DNA of 39,141 nt from Paludibacter sp. Its GTDB lineage: Bacteria; Bacteroidota; Bacteroidia; Bacteroidales; Paludibacteraceae. Positions 8,337 to 18,535 of the stretch are shown here, in pieces. The stretch spans positions 1,827 to 40,967 of the forward strand of contig DAIQOQ010000001.1 of assembly GCA_036787795.1 (NCBI GenBank), written 5' to 3'. The notes below the pieces were generated by a model that worked only from the letters and a program-made list of their open reading frames with translations, searched no databases and was not told the DNA's origin. The position numbers and the translations under genes were made by a program. Position 1 is the first letter of the stretch. Every line of letters begins with the position of its first letter.

Positions 8337-10121
8337 ATGTGGAAACTCAATCAATTTAATTATACGCGTCGTCCTTCAGACAGGATTCAGATAGGAAAAG
8401 TGCTGGTAGGTGGTGATCAGCCGGTTCGGGTACAGTCGATGGCTAATACCGATACCAATGACATTGCCGGCTCGGTGGCTCAATGTTTAAGAATAGTTGA
8501 AGCCGGAGGTGAAATTGTGCGTTTTACAACGCAGGGCATTCGTGAGGCCGAAAGCATCGGTAAAATTCATGCAGCGTTGCGTGATCAGGGCTGCGAAGTA
8601 CCTTTGGTGGCCGATATTCACTTCAATGCTAATGCTGCCGATGTAGCAGCTACGCAGGTGGAAAAGGTACGTATCAATCCCGGAAACTACGTGGGAAGTA
8701 TAAAGATAGGCGATACGTCCGACTACACGGATGATGAATTTGCCCGTGAATATGAAAAGATACGGGCCAGGTTTATTCCTTTTTTGAATATTTGCAAAGA
8801 ACATGGTACGGCTATCCGTATAGGTGTAAATCACGGTTCGCTCAGCGAACGAATGATGAACCGATATGGAGATACATCGCGGGGCATGGTAGAGTCGTGC
8901 CTGGAATTTTTGAATATATGTAAAGAACAGAACTTCACTAATGTGGTGATTTCGATGAAAACGTCTAATACGGTGATGATGGTGGAAACCGTTCGACTGT
9001 TGGTTGCCGAGATGGAAGCTGCTGATTTGCACTTTCCCTTGCACTTGGGTGTTACCGAAGCCGGCGATGGTGAAGATGGACGTATAAAATCGGCTGTGGG
9101 CATAGGTGCTTTGCTGGCCGATGGCATTGGCGACACCATTCGTGTTTCGTTGAGCGAAGAGCCCGAAGCCGAGATTCCGGTGGGACGTTTGCTGGTGTCG
9201 TATGTCTCTACCCGAAAAGGGCATGTGCCTATTCAGGCTGTTGAAAGTCCTGAAGTCTCGCGGTTTGAATATCGTCGACGAAAAACTCATGCTGTGGCAA
9301 ATATTGGCGGCGAGAATGTGCCGGTGGTTATTGCTCCGTCGGACGGAGGCTATGCTGTGGTGCCCGATTATATTTTGTCGGACAACAAGGTGCAGGGAGC
9401 AAGCGGTGAGTTATTCCCCATTTATGCGGTTAAAGACTTAAATGCTCTACAAGGGGATGCATCGGCGATGAAATTCCTGAAATTGAATTATCCGGATTTG
9501 AATCCGACTGTGATTGATGTGCTGAAAACAAGAACCGATCTGGTTGTTTTGCTGCAAACCGATCATCAGAACGGAGTGGCCGAACAACGTGCCTTTTTCC
9601 ATGCATTGCTCAATGCCGGTTCTACGGTTCCGGTTGTATTGGCACGGAGCTATGCCGAAAACGATCTTCAGTATCTGCAAATTAAAGCGGCTGCCGATTT
9701 GGGAGTATTATTTATTGACGGTTTGGGCGACGGTATTTTGCTGGAAAACAAAGGAAACATTTCGGCTGAAGCTATCAACTCGGTGGCTTTTGGCATTCTG
9801 CAGGCTTCGCGCGTTCGTGTGACGAAGACGGAATTTATTTCCTGTCCGGGTTGCGGGCGAACCATGTTTAAACTTCAAACTGTGATTGCTCGCGTAAAAG
9901 CCCGCACTTCGCATTTGAAAGGCTTGAAGATTGGTATTATGGGCTGTGTGGTGAACGGACCGGGCGAAATGGCTGATGCTGATTATGGTTACGTGGGTGC
10001 AGGACGCGGTAAGGTGAGCCTTTATAAGAAAAAAGACTGCTTAGAACGCAATATTCCCGAGGATGAAGCCGTTGATAAATTGATCGGATTGATAAAGCAA
10101 AATGGCGATTGGCACGAATAA
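8337..10121 (+). CDS. ispG: (E)-4-hydroxy-3-methylbut-2-enyl-diphosphate synthase, long form with insert domain
   Basis: VQSM, PLVADIHF, RINPGN, RIGVNHGSL, PLHLGVTEAG, GDTIRVSL, 4Fe-4S motif SCPGCGR...MGCVVNGPGE. Confidence 0.97.
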   Translation: MWKLNQFNYTRRPSDRIQIGKVLVGGDQPVRVQSMANTDTNDIAGSVAQCLRIVEAGGEIVRFTTQGIREAESIGKIHAALRDQGCEVPLVADIHFNANAADVAATQVEKVRINPGNYVGSIKIGDTSDYTDDEFAREYEKIRARFIPFLNICKEHGTAIRIGVNHGSLSERMMNRYGDTSRGMVESCLEFLNICKEQNFTNVVISMKTSNTVMMVETVRLLVAEMEAADLHFPLHLGVTEAGDGEDGRIKSAVGIGALLADGIGDTIRVSLSEEPEAEIPVGRLLVSYVSTRKGHVPIQAVESPEVSRFEYRRRKTHAVANIGGENVPVVIAPSDGGYAVVPDYILSDNKVQGASGELFPIYAVKDLNALQGDASAMKFLKLNYPDLNPTVIDVLKTRTDLVVLLQTDHQNGVAEQRAFFHALLNAGSTVPVVLARSYAENDLQYLQIKAAADLGVLFIDGLGDGILLENKGNISAEAINSVAFGILQASRVRVTKTEFISCPGCGRTMFKLQTVIARVKARTSHLKGLKIGIMGCVVNGPGEMADADYGYVGAGRGKVSLYKKKDCLERNIPEDEAVDKLIGLIKQNGDWHE

Positions 10122-10193
10122 ATAGTTGATTGAATACTTTAATCAGCCTTTTATAAACCGATTGTCAGAGTATTAAACAATAAAATAAAAAGT

Positions 10194-10658
10194 ATGAGGA
10201 AATTTATTCTTACGTTCGCATTAATCGTAAGTGTGTTTGTCGGATTGAGTGCACAAGTGGATGGAAAAGCTATCGGGCTTCGTTTCGGAGGTTTTGATGG
10301 TTATGGTGCAGAAGTCAGTTATCAACATCCGCTGGGTAAAGCTAACCGTTTGGAAGTAGATCTGGGTGTTAATCATTACGGATTTGGTCTGGGTGGAGTT
10401 TATCAATGGGTTTGGGATTTGTCCGATCTGGCTCCCGGTTTTAACTGGTATGCCGGTGTAGGTGCCAGTTTGGGATCGTATGATTTCAATGATACCAAAC
10501 ATGATTTTGGCATCGGTGCCCTGGGGCAAATTGGTCTTGAATATAATTTCAATATTCCTTTGCAGATTTCGGTGGATTACCGTCCGGGCATTTACCTTAT
10601 TCCACGGATTGACGGATTGTATGATGGCATTTGCCTGAGTGCTCGCTATAAGTTCTAA
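10194..10658 (+). CDS. Small outer-membrane beta-barrel protein
   Basis: Signal peptide (LSA-Q), AIGLRFG, WYAGVG, GLEYNFNIPLQISVDYRP, C-terminal RYKF. Confidence 0.85.
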   Translation: MRKFILTFALIVSVFVGLSAQVDGKAIGLRFGGFDGYGAEVSYQHPLGKANRLEVDLGVNHYGFGLGGVYQWVWDLSDLAPGFNWYAGVGASLGSYDFNDTKHDFGIGALGQIGLEYNFNIPLQISVDYRPGIYLIPRIDGLYDGICLSARYKF

Positions 10659-10678
10659 GAAATAAATTTGTTATACAG

Positions 10679-10713
10679 AAAGAGGAGTCTCCGGTCAGGA
10701 GGTTCCTCTTTTT
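10679..10713 (+). terminator. Intrinsic terminator
   Basis: AAAGAGGAGTCTCC / GGAGGTTCCTCTTT stem plus T-run. Confidence 0.8.
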
Positions 10714-10908
10714 GGTATAAATACACCAGCCATGAAGCGAGCAGTTCTCAGTATTTGTCCTTACATCTGAGTATTTGTGGTATTTACTCTTTGTTTTAGA
10801 ACTAAATAATTTATTTTAATATTCATTGTCTATAATATTTATTTATATGCTCTATCTTTAACGCGCAAAAAGTTTGTTTTCTTTTTTTATTCTTTACGTG
10901 GCTTTTTG

Positions 10909-10996
10909 TCGATGCGCATGCACAAATTTATCGATGCGCATCTATGTTTTCTTCGGTGCGCATGCACGAACGCGTCGATGCGCATGTACAAAATTA
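10909..10996. repeat. Four tandem 22-bp units with conserved TCGATGCGCAT core
   Basis: Units start at 10909, 10931, 10953, 10975; palindromic ATGCGCAT core (one A-to-G change in unit 3) and variable 11-nt tail. Confidence 0.9.
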
Positions 10997-11059
10997 GCAT
11001 AGATTGCCTTGCAATTTATATATAACCAAAAGTAAAACAATTTAAAAAATGAAAGAATT

Positions 11060-11437
11060 ATGGCTTTACAATTCAACGCGGTTGAAAGAGTCAATCCGCA
11101 AACAAAAGAAAAGAAGTGGTATGCAGCGCCCAAGTTGACCGGTAAACGTACGCTAAAGGAATTCAGTGTTGATTTGTCTGAAAAATCATCGCTTTCGTCA
11201 GGTGATGTGCAAAGTGCAATCGTCAACATGATTCAGGAAATGCCTAAGTGGCTGATGAATGGCGACAGTGTGAAACTGGATGGATTCGGATCGTTCCGTT
11301 TGTCATTCTCGAGCGAAGGAGTAGCTACCAAAGATGAAGTGACCGCTAACCTGATTACCGACATCAGGCTGATTTTTGATGCTGACGATGCGATTAAAGA
11401 ACGGATAGCCAAAACAAAAATCAATCCTGCTGAGTAA
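11060..11437 (+). CDS. HU-family (Bacteroidetes HU-like) DNA-binding protein
   Basis: NP..K..KWYA N-terminal extension, SSLSSGDV, L.NGDSVKLDGFGSFRLS HU/IHF signature. Confidence 0.9.
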   Translation: MALQFNAVERVNPQTKEKKWYAAPKLTGKRTLKEFSVDLSEKSSLSSGDVQSAIVNMIQEMPKWLMNGDSVKLDGFGSFRLSFSSEGVATKDEVTANLITDIRLIFDADDAIKERIAKTKINPAE

Positions 11438-11468
11438 TTTTAGCAAGCACTAATCAGGTTGAAACCAA

Positions 11469-11503
11469 TAACTTTTCCAAAGCTCTAAACTTTGGAAAAG
11501 TTA
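11469..11503. terminator. Perfect 14-bp inverted repeat between convergent genes (bidirectional terminator or REP-like)
   Basis: TAACTTTTCCAAAG ctctaaa CTTTGGAAAAGTTA. Confidence 0.65.
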
Positions 11504-11512
11504 CAGGAACAA

Positions 11513-12295
11513 TTAATCGGTTGGGTTCTTGTATAAGTAATTTTGCAGGTTCAATGCTGTTCCGTTGAATATATTCAAATCTACATGCCCACGTATGCCC
11601 GCCAGTTTAAATCGGTTCGTCTTTTGCCAAAAAGCCCATTCGCAGCTGGGTTTTGCTCTATAATCCACTATCCATAATTTGCATTTCGGAGGCATGTGTT
11701 CTTCCAGATACAGTTTATAGTAAGCATAATTACAATAAATGATGGGGTAGTGCCCCAGCTTTTCGTAAATGGCATTCACAAAATTGGTGAGTTCGGTAGT
11801 CACCAGACTTTTTTCCGGCATCTTTTTGCGGAACTCGGCATCCAGCACCGGCAGCAGATCGCCGTTTTTATGTTGAGCCACCGATAAAAAGTTCGTTGCC
11901 TGCTCTTTTCCGCTACTTTCGTACGAGAAAAAATGATACGAACCTACCACTATACCTAGTTTTTTTGCCTCACTGTAGTTTTCCATGTATTTTACATCCT
12001 GAAAGGTTAGTCCTTCAGATGCTTTGATAAACATGAAATTCGGTTTTTCTCTGTCCAGCTCAGCCCAGTTAATGTCACTTTGGTAATGCGAAACATCAAT
12101 GCCCCACACATTGTCCGGACCAACTATGTCGCTAAGACTTATCGAGGGTAGTTCTTGATGTAGGTGCTTTGCTTTAGCGGTTTTATGTGTTTTATGCGAT
12201 TTTCGTCCTCCATGCGATTTGTGTGATTTCCGCGCAAAAACAGTAAACTGCATGAGCAAGAGAAGACAAAATATAGAAATAAGGCGTTTTTGCAT
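11513..12295 (-). CDS. GH25 muramidase (lysozyme), secreted, with His/Lys-rich N-terminal segment
   Basis: WGIDVSHYQ, FIKASEG, GSYHFF, PVLDAE (DxE), VDLNIFNG. ATG 12295 gives a clean signal peptide. Confidence 0.93.
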   Translation of the reverse strand: MQKRLISIFCLLLLMQFTVFARKSHKSHGGRKSHKTHKTAKAKHLHQELPSISLSDIVGPDNVWGIDVSHYQSDINWAELDREKPNFMFIKASEGLTFQDVKYMENYSEAKKLGIVVGSYHFFSYESSGKEQATNFLSVAQHKNGDLLPVLDAEFRKKMPEKSLVTTELTNFVNAIYEKLGHYPIIYCNYAYYKLYLEEHMPPKCKLWIVDYRAKPSCEWAFWQKTNRFKLAGIRGHVDLNIFNGTALNLQNYLYKNPTD

Positions 12296-12508
12296 GATAA
12301 TTTGAATGAATAACAATGAAGTTGAATTAAGTATAAAAGCTGTATACTCAAAAATAGAGGCTGCAATATATGAATAGTCACGGTATCCTGAAAGTATCTT
12401 GCGCTTTTATTGGTAAAATTTCAGTTTCTTTTGATTTATTGGGTGTCGAAGCGACAAGTCAACTGTATGCTGCCTGATTTAGTCGTTGGTTAAACGAATA
12501 CTTTTGCT

Positions 12509-13225
12509 CTAATTCAGCAGATTCATAAAATCTTTTCTCGTGCCGTTGAACAGATTAAAATCTACGTACCCTTTTATGCCTGCTGCTCTGTATTTATCAG
12601 TGGTTTGCCAAAACGTCCAGCTGCAATTGGGCATGCCCCTGTAATCCACTATCCACAGTTTACATTTATCAGGCACGCCGTTTTTGAGGTAAAGCAGATA
12701 ATATTTGTAGTCGCAGTAAATAATGGGTTGACACTGGGTTTTTTCGTACACGGCATTGATGAATGCTTGTATTTCTTTGATGATAGTTGCTTTATCAGGC
12801 ATCTTTCGGGCAAACTCGGCATCGAGTACCAGCGGTAAATCGCCTTTTTTGTAATTCACCATCGATAAAAAGTTTTTAGCCTGATCCTTTCCACTGCTCA
12901 TATACGTGAAGAAGTGATACGAGCCCACGGGAATCTTTTGTTTTCTGATTTCCTGATAATACGTTGCGTATTTGCTGTCCTGGTGGGTGGAGCCCTCGGT
13001 GGTTTTCAGAAAAATGAAGTCGGGTGCTTGTTCTTTTACTCTGTCCCAGCTTTCTATCAGCTGATAATGGGAAATGTCGATACCCCACAATCTTTCTTGT
13101 TTGGTTATCTCCTTAATGCTTTCTTTGGTAGTTTCTTTCGTGTTTCCTTTCTGCAGCTTTCTTCCGCTGTGGCACGACAGCAGTGTGAGGCCGATAAGAA
13201 GTATAACAACGTACTTGTTTTGCAT
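12509..13225 (-). CDS. GH25 muramidase (lysozyme), predicted lipoprotein
   Basis: Lipobox LLSC, WGIDISHYQ, FLKTTEG, GSYHFF, LVLDAE, VDFNLFNG. Confidence 0.93.
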   Translation of the reverse strand: MQNKYVVILLIGLTLLSCHSGRKLQKGNTKETTKESIKEITKQERLWGIDISHYQLIESWDRVKEQAPDFIFLKTTEGSTHQDSKYATYYQEIRKQKIPVGSYHFFTYMSSGKDQAKNFLSMVNYKKGDLPLVLDAEFARKMPDKATIIKEIQAFINAVYEKTQCQPIIYCDYKYYLLYLKNGVPDKCKLWIVDYRGMPNCSWTFWQTTDKYRAAGIKGYVDFNLFNGTRKDFMNLLN

Positions 13226-13347
13226 AACAGTATTGTTCGGTAAATGTAACAGATTTATATGACAACTGACGAAGTAATGTTAAGTTACCCCGTCAGTATA
13301 CGATTGTCGGAGAGTTTATTTGAATAAGCTCTCTTCTCTATCTCTGA

Positions 13348-15957
13348 TTAAACAGCTTCCAATGCTTTCTCTATTGCTTTTTTTATTCCATCGGCATTTT
13401 TACCTCCGGCCGATGCAAAGAAAGGCTGACCGCCACCGCCACCCTGAATTTCTTTAGCGGCATCGCGGGCAATGTTCACGGCATTTAGTCCGCCTGCCAC
13501 AAGGTCGTCGCTAAGCAACACGGTCAACGATGGTTTGCCGTCGAATACGCATCCGGCAACAAAGAATAGTTTCTCACTTACTACATTCCGTATCTGGAAA
13601 GCCAGTGTTTTCACGGCATCGGTTGGCAATTCAGCGTCAACGCGAATTACCTTTATGCCATTAATTACTTTAGCTTCGTTGATCAGAATGTCGCGTAAGT
13701 TCATGATCTTTTCATGCATAAAATCTTCCACCCGTTTCTTCAGGTCGCTGTTTTCTTCAATTGATTTTTGAATAGCAGACATCAGGTCGGGTGTATTGTT
13801 GAAGAACTCGCGGGCATCGGAGATAAAATCTTGTTGATCATCAAGCTGCTTCTCTACTTCTTTGGCTGTGATTGCCTCAATACGACGGATGCCTGCTGCC
13901 GTTGATGATTCGGATGTAATGCGTACCATGCCTATTTCGCCGGTAGCCTGCACGTGCGTTCCACCGCAAAGCTCGGTAGAAGTACCAAACTGAATAACAC
14001 GAACTGATTCGCCGTATTTTTCGCCAAACAAAGCCATAGCACCCATAGCCTGTGCTTCGGCAATCGGGGTGTCGCGCATTTCGTTCAACGCATAGTTCTC
14101 ACGGATTTTGCGGTTGGCAATGCTTTCTACAGCACGAATTTCTTCTTTCGTCATTTTCTGAAAATGGGAAAAATCGAAGCGAAGTGCATCAGGGCTTACA
14201 AACGATCCTTTTTGCTCTACATGCGTGCCCAGCACTTCGCGCAACGCTTCGTGAAGCAAGTGTGTAGCCGAGTGATTGCAGGAAGTAGCCTGGCGGTTTT
14301 CTGTATTTATGGTAGCGGTAAATGTTGCCGTAACATCGTTTGGAAGTTTTTTGGCAATATGAACCGGTAGGTTGTTCTCTTTTTTTGTATCGAGGATCTC
14401 TACCTTTTCGTCTTCCGAAACCAGAAAGCCACTATCGCCAACCTGTCCACCCATTTCGGCATAAAAAGGCGTATTAGATAGTACTAGTTGGTAATACTCC
14501 TGATTCTTCTGCTTGATTTTGCGATAACGCAAAATCTCGGTATCAAATGAGGTGAAGTCGTACCCAACAAACTTACTGTCGCCCTCGCGAACGGTTACCC
14601 AGTCGCCGGTTTCGGTGGCAGCGGCATGGCGGGCACGCTCTTTTTGTTTCAACATCTCGGCATTAAATTCGTCGATGTTGACCGTGAAATTATTTTCGCG
14701 AAGAATCAGTTCTGTCAAATCTAATGGAAAACCAAAGGTGTCGTAAAGCGTAAATGCTACTTTACCTGTGATCTCGGTTTGTTTTTCTTTTTTCGAATCG
14801 ATCATTACCTTGTCAAGTAATTTAATACCCGTTTCCAGTGTGCGTAGGAACGATTCTTCTTCTTCTTTAATTACTTTTTCAATCAATGTTTTCTGAGACA
14901 GTAATTCGGGATAGGCTTTACCCATATTGTCGCACAACGCATTGATAAGTTTGTACATAAAAGCCGAGCGTTGGTTCAGAAATGTGTAACCGTAACGCAC
15001 GGCACGACGCAGGATGCGGCGAATCACATAACCGGCTTTGGCGTTTGATGGCAACTGACCGTCGGTGATGGAAAAGGCGATGGTACGAATATGGTCGGCA
15101 ATTACGCGCATGGCAATGTCGGTTTTATCGTTTTTACCATAGCTGGCATCGCATACGCGGCCTATTTCGGTAATGATGGGGGTGAAAACGTCGGTATCGT
15201 AGTTCGATTGTACACCTTGCATAGCCATACACAAACGTTCGAAGCCCATACCTGTGTCAATAACCTTAGCCGGAAGTCCTTCGAGCGATCCGTCGGCTTT
15301 GCGGTTGTACTGCATAAACACGTTGTTCCAAATCTCAATCACCTGCGGGTGACTGCCGTTTACCAAAGTCAAACCGTCTATTTTGGCGCGTTCGTCGTTG
15401 TTGCGGATATCAATATGTATTTCGGAGCAAGGACCACAGGGACCTGTATCGCCCATTTCCCAGAAATTATCTTTTTTGTTTCCGTTTATAATACGGCTTT
15501 TGGGTAGGAACTGTTCCCAGATAGCAGCTGCTTCGTCGTCGCGTTCCAGTCCTTCGGGTGCGTAACCTTCGAAAACAGTGACATACAGACGATCTTTATC
15601 CAGCTTTAATACTTCGGTGAGGTATTCCCAGGCCCATTCAATGGCTTCTTTTTTGAAATAATCGCCAAACGACCAGTTGCCTAACATTTCGAACATGGTG
15701 TGGTGATAGGTATCGTGTCCTACTTCTTCCAGATCGTTGTGTTTTCCACTCACTCGCAAACATTTTTGCGAGTCGGCCACGCGCGAATATTTAATCGGAT
15801 CGTTACCCAGAATGATGTTTTTGAATTGGTTCATTCCGGCGTTGGTAAACATCAGAGTCGGATCATCTTTGATAACCATGGGAGCGGAAGGCACAATTTT
15901 ATGCCCTTTCGAAGCAAAAAAGTCGAGGAAAGACTGACGAATTTCTTGTGAAGTCAT
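13348..15957 (-). CDS. alaS: Alanine--tRNA ligase
   Basis: [33 protein letters not shown], editing motifs HSATHLLH and ELCGGTH, C-terminal GGGGG. Confidence 0.98.
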   Translation of the reverse strand: MTSQEIRQSFLDFFASKGHKIVPSAPMVIKDDPTLMFTNAGMNQFKNIILGNDPIKYSRVADSQKCLRVSGKHNDLEEVGHDTYHHTMFEMLGNWSFGDYFKKEAIEWAWEYLTEVLKLDKDRLYVTVFEGYAPEGLERDDEAAAIWEQFLPKSRIINGNKKDNFWEMGDTGPCGPCSEIHIDIRNNDERAKIDGLTLVNGSHPQVIEIWNNVFMQYNRKADGSLEGLPAKVIDTGMGFERLCMAMQGVQSNYDTDVFTPIITEIGRVCDASYGKNDKTDIAMRVIADHIRTIAFSITDGQLPSNAKAGYVIRRILRRAVRYGYTFLNQRSAFMYKLINALCDNMGKAYPELLSQKTLIEKVIKEEEESFLRTLETGIKLLDKVMIDSKKEKQTEITGKVAFTLYDTFGFPLDLTELILRENNFTVNIDEFNAEMLKQKERARHAAATETGDWVTVREGDSKFVGYDFTSFDTEILRYRKIKQKNQEYYQLVLSNTPFYAEMGGQVGDSGFLVSEDEKVEILDTKKENNLPVHIAKKLPNDVTATFTATINTENRQATSCNHSATHLLHEALREVLGTHVEQKGSFVSPDALRFDFSHFQKMTKEEIRAVESIANRKIRENYALNEMRDTPIAEAQAMGAMALFGEKYGESVRVIQFGTSTELCGGTHVQATGEIGMVRITSESSTAAGIRRIEAITAKEVEKQLDDQQDFISDAREFFNNTPDLMSAIQKSIEENSDLKKRVEDFMHEKIMNLRDILINEAKVINGIKVIRVDAELPTDAVKTLAFQIRNVVSEKLFFVAGCVFDGKPSLTVLLSDDLVAGGLNAVNIARDAAKEIQGGGGGQPFFASAGGKNADGIKKAIEKALEAV

Positions 15958-16015
15958 ATTTTAAAATGTTATTAGCTATGCGATATTGATAGATATTAGC
16001 CGCGCGTTATTAATT

Positions 16016-16169
16016 GTTATTTGCTACGCGTTATACAATTGTTATTATTAGCTTATGCTATTGATCGTTATTTACTGTGCGTTATTTGTATTTCTTTAAA
16101 TTAATAAACGCCGAAGGCAAATAACACAAAGTAAATAACGCCAGTGACAAATAACGCGAAGCAAATAAC
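16016..16169. repeat. Nested inverted repeats in the alaS 5' leader
   Basis: 16016-16034 vs 16151-16169 (18/19) and 16066-16088 vs 16118-16140 (21/23), built from GTTATT units. Confidence 0.8.
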
Positions 16170-16201
16170 CTTTCTAGGTTAATAATATCAAATAAAGACT
16201 G

Positions 16202-16229
16202 CAAAAGTAGCTCAAATTTATTATTTTTG
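16202..16229. promoter_or_regulatory. Back-to-back -7 elements: TACTTTTG (minus, 16202-16209, alaS) and TATTTTTG (plus, 16222-16229, M23 operon)
   Basis: Both match TAnnTTTGCA in the divergent intergenic region. Confidence 0.6.
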
Positions 16230-16363
16230 CAGCAATTGATGATATAAAAATTGTGATGATTTGAAGATTTCCTTCCTGAAACGATTGATAGACTTCCATT
16301 TTTCTCAAATTGTAGGCTTGTGAGTTACAGTTTAACGCGCAGAATAAAAAACGATTTTCCTTT

Positions 16364-17332
16364 ATGGCTAAGAAGAAATTCCACTTTAATCCTGAAACTC
16401 TCAGTTACGAGCAAATAGAGCACTCTATAACTCACTGGTTGAAGCAGGTCCTCATACATGCGCTTTCGGGAGTATTTCTGGGCCTTATATTTTTCTTTAT
16501 TTTTGTTTTCACTATTCAGTCGCCGCAAGAAAGAAAGCTTGGTCAGGATAAAACGCACATGGAAGCTCAGTACAGAGTGCTACAGCGCCAGTTTGAAGAA
16601 ATGCAATATGTAATGACCGATTTACAACAGCGGGATGATAATCTTTACCGGGTGGTATTTCAGGCTGACCCGATTCCGTTGGCAGTACGAAGGGGTAGTT
16701 CGGCAAATACGGAGTACTACGAGCAAATGCTGGATATGACAAACTCAGAGGTGGTGGTGTCGACTACCAAGAAGCTGAACGAATTGAAAAAAGAACTTTA
16801 TATACAGTCTAAATCGTACGACGAACTGATTCTGCTGGCTAAAAACAAAGAAGTCATGCTTCAATGCTTACCGGCCATTCAACCGGTTTTAAATAAAGAC
16901 TTAACGCGTATGGCATCTGGTTACGGATGGCGTATCGATCCGGTATATCACTCCCGACGGTTTCATGCCGGTATGGATTTTACGGCTCCCATTGGAACAG
17001 ATATTTACGCAACTGCTAACGGAACAGTGCAAAGTGCCGGTTGGCAACAGGGCTACGGAAATTGTGTACAGATCAATCACGGTTACGGATACCTGACTTT
17101 ATACGGGCACATGAGCGCCATCAAGGTACGACCCGGACAAAAAATTAAACGCGGCGACGTGATTGGACTGGTAGGTAGTACCGGAAAATCGACAGGACCG
17201 CACGTACATTACGAAGTGCATTATAAAGGCACTGTGATGAATCCGCAAAATTATTATTATCTCGATTTGTCGCCGGCTGATTATGACCGGATGGTTCAGA
17301 TGAGTAACAATGCCGGTCAGATGTTTGACTAG
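16364..17332 (+). CDS. M23 family metallopeptidase (peptidoglycan endopeptidase)
   Basis: N-terminal TM and coiled coil; HAGMDF (HxxxD), YGH, STGPHVHYEV (HxH). Confidence 0.95.
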   Translation: MAKKKFHFNPETLSYEQIEHSITHWLKQVLIHALSGVFLGLIFFFIFVFTIQSPQERKLGQDKTHMEAQYRVLQRQFEEMQYVMTDLQQRDDNLYRVVFQADPIPLAVRRGSSANTEYYEQMLDMTNSEVVVSTTKKLNELKKELYIQSKSYDELILLAKNKEVMLQCLPAIQPVLNKDLTRMASGYGWRIDPVYHSRRFHAGMDFTAPIGTDIYATANGTVQSAGWQQGYGNCVQINHGYGYLTLYGHMSAIKVRPGQKIKRGDVIGLVGSTGKSTGPHVHYEVHYKGTVMNPQNYYYLDLSPADYDRMVQMSNNAGQMFD

Positions 17333-17336
17333 AGAT

Positions 17337-18482
17337 ATGAAGGCAAAATTTATTTATCTGTTTGTTGGGCTGACGTTTTTAAATGTATCGGCACAGAAGA
17401 AGAATATGGTGAAGATAGCAGCGGTAGGCGATATCATGTTGGGTACGGCTTATCCCGATCGTTCTTTTCTACCTAAATACAACAGCTTTTATCTCTTTAA
17501 ACCTTTGTATCCGTACTTGAAAAATGCGGATGTGAGCTTTGGAAATCTGGAAGGGACGCTGACCGACGATTTGTCGGAGGTGAAAAACTGCTATACTGAC
17601 GGACGGTGTTACTTTTTTGCGATGCCTACTGCTTCTGCTGTGAGTCTGAAGAATGCCGGTTTTAATATGCTGAGTTTGGCCAATAATCATATAAACGATT
17701 TTGGATCCATTGGGCGAAAGTCTACCCGAAGGAGTCTGAAAAATCAGAAAATTCATTTTGCCGGACTGACTGAATGCCCGATAGATACATTTACCAAAGA
17801 TGGAGTGCGGTACGGCTTTTGTGCCTTTGCGCCCAATGCCGGAACTGTAAGCATTAAAAATATAAAGCGAGCTGCTAAAATAGTTCATTACCTGGATTCT
17901 ATTTCCGATGTGGTTATTGTGTCGTTTCATGCCGGTGGAGAAGGAGTGGAGTGGCAGCATGTGAGTCGCCAAAAAGAGTTTTATATTGGCGAAGACCGTG
18001 GAAACGTATACCAGTTTGCGCATAAAATGATAGACGCCGGTGCCGACGTGTTGCTGGGCCATGGTCCGCATGTGACACGGGCAGTGGAGGTATATAAAAA
18101 GCGTTTTATCACTTACAGCATGGGTAACTTTTGTACATACAGTTGTGTGAGTGTGGCGGGACAGTGTGGTATTGCTCCTTTGTTTCAGATTTATACCAGT
18201 AACGACGGAGAATTTATCCGGGCACAGATTATTCCGACTTATCAGCAAAAGTTTCATCCACCGCGCTACGACGAGAAGAAAAGAGCTATTTCTGTCATTC
18301 AAAAGCTTACAAAAACCGATTTCCCGGAAATGGATAAGGTGATACGAATTGACAACGATGGCTGGATAGAACCGCTAAATCCACGAATAAAGATTTTGCG
18401 AAATAAGAATCCGGAATTCAGAGCCGGAAATCTGAATAAGCCAAAAAATAGTTACGAGTTACAAGCAGTTAGTTACAAGTAG
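17337..18482 (+). CDS. CapA/PGA_cap family metallophosphoesterase-fold protein, secreted
   Basis: VGDIMLG, GNLEG, SLANNHINDFG, VSFHAG, GHGPHV, YSMGNF. Signal peptide from ATG 17337. Confidence 0.92.
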   Translation: MKAKFIYLFVGLTFLNVSAQKKNMVKIAAVGDIMLGTAYPDRSFLPKYNSFYLFKPLYPYLKNADVSFGNLEGTLTDDLSEVKNCYTDGRCYFFAMPTASAVSLKNAGFNMLSLANNHINDFGSIGRKSTRRSLKNQKIHFAGLTECPIDTFTKDGVRYGFCAFAPNAGTVSIKNIKRAAKIVHYLDSISDVVIVSFHAGGEGVEWQHVSRQKEFYIGEDRGNVYQFAHKMIDAGADVLLGHGPHVTRAVEVYKKRFITYSMGNFCTYSCVSVAGQCGIAPLFQIYTSNDGEFIRAQIIPTYQQKFHPPRYDEKKRAISVIQKLTKTDFPEMDKVIRIDNDGWIEPLNPRIKILRNKNPEFRAGNLNKPKNSYELQAVSYK

Positions 18483-18535
18483 GTCTCGTAGATTGCGAGT
18501 TACAAGGGTATTTATATAAATATTGATTAATTAAA

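Noticed and set aside
8487..9290. 267-aa antisense ORF within ispG
   Set aside because: No recognisable motifs; explained by codon bias of the sense gene.
8337..10121. Unusually long IspG
   Set aside because: The insert-containing form is already known, so it is not novel.
10942..11229. 95-aa minus-strand ORF over the 22-bp array and HU-like gene
   Set aside because: Antisense shadow; the array period is not a multiple of 3 and the peptide has no recognisable features.
11513..13225. Prophage lysis module
   Set aside because: No holin, structural or integrase genes; both GH25 proteins have host-type export signals.
15958..16200. T-box riboswitch upstream of alaS
   Set aside because: No T-box consensus or terminator/antiterminator arrangement is visible.
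17469..18302. 277-aa antisense ORF within the CapA gene
   Set aside because: No motifs; fully overlaps a well-supported gene.
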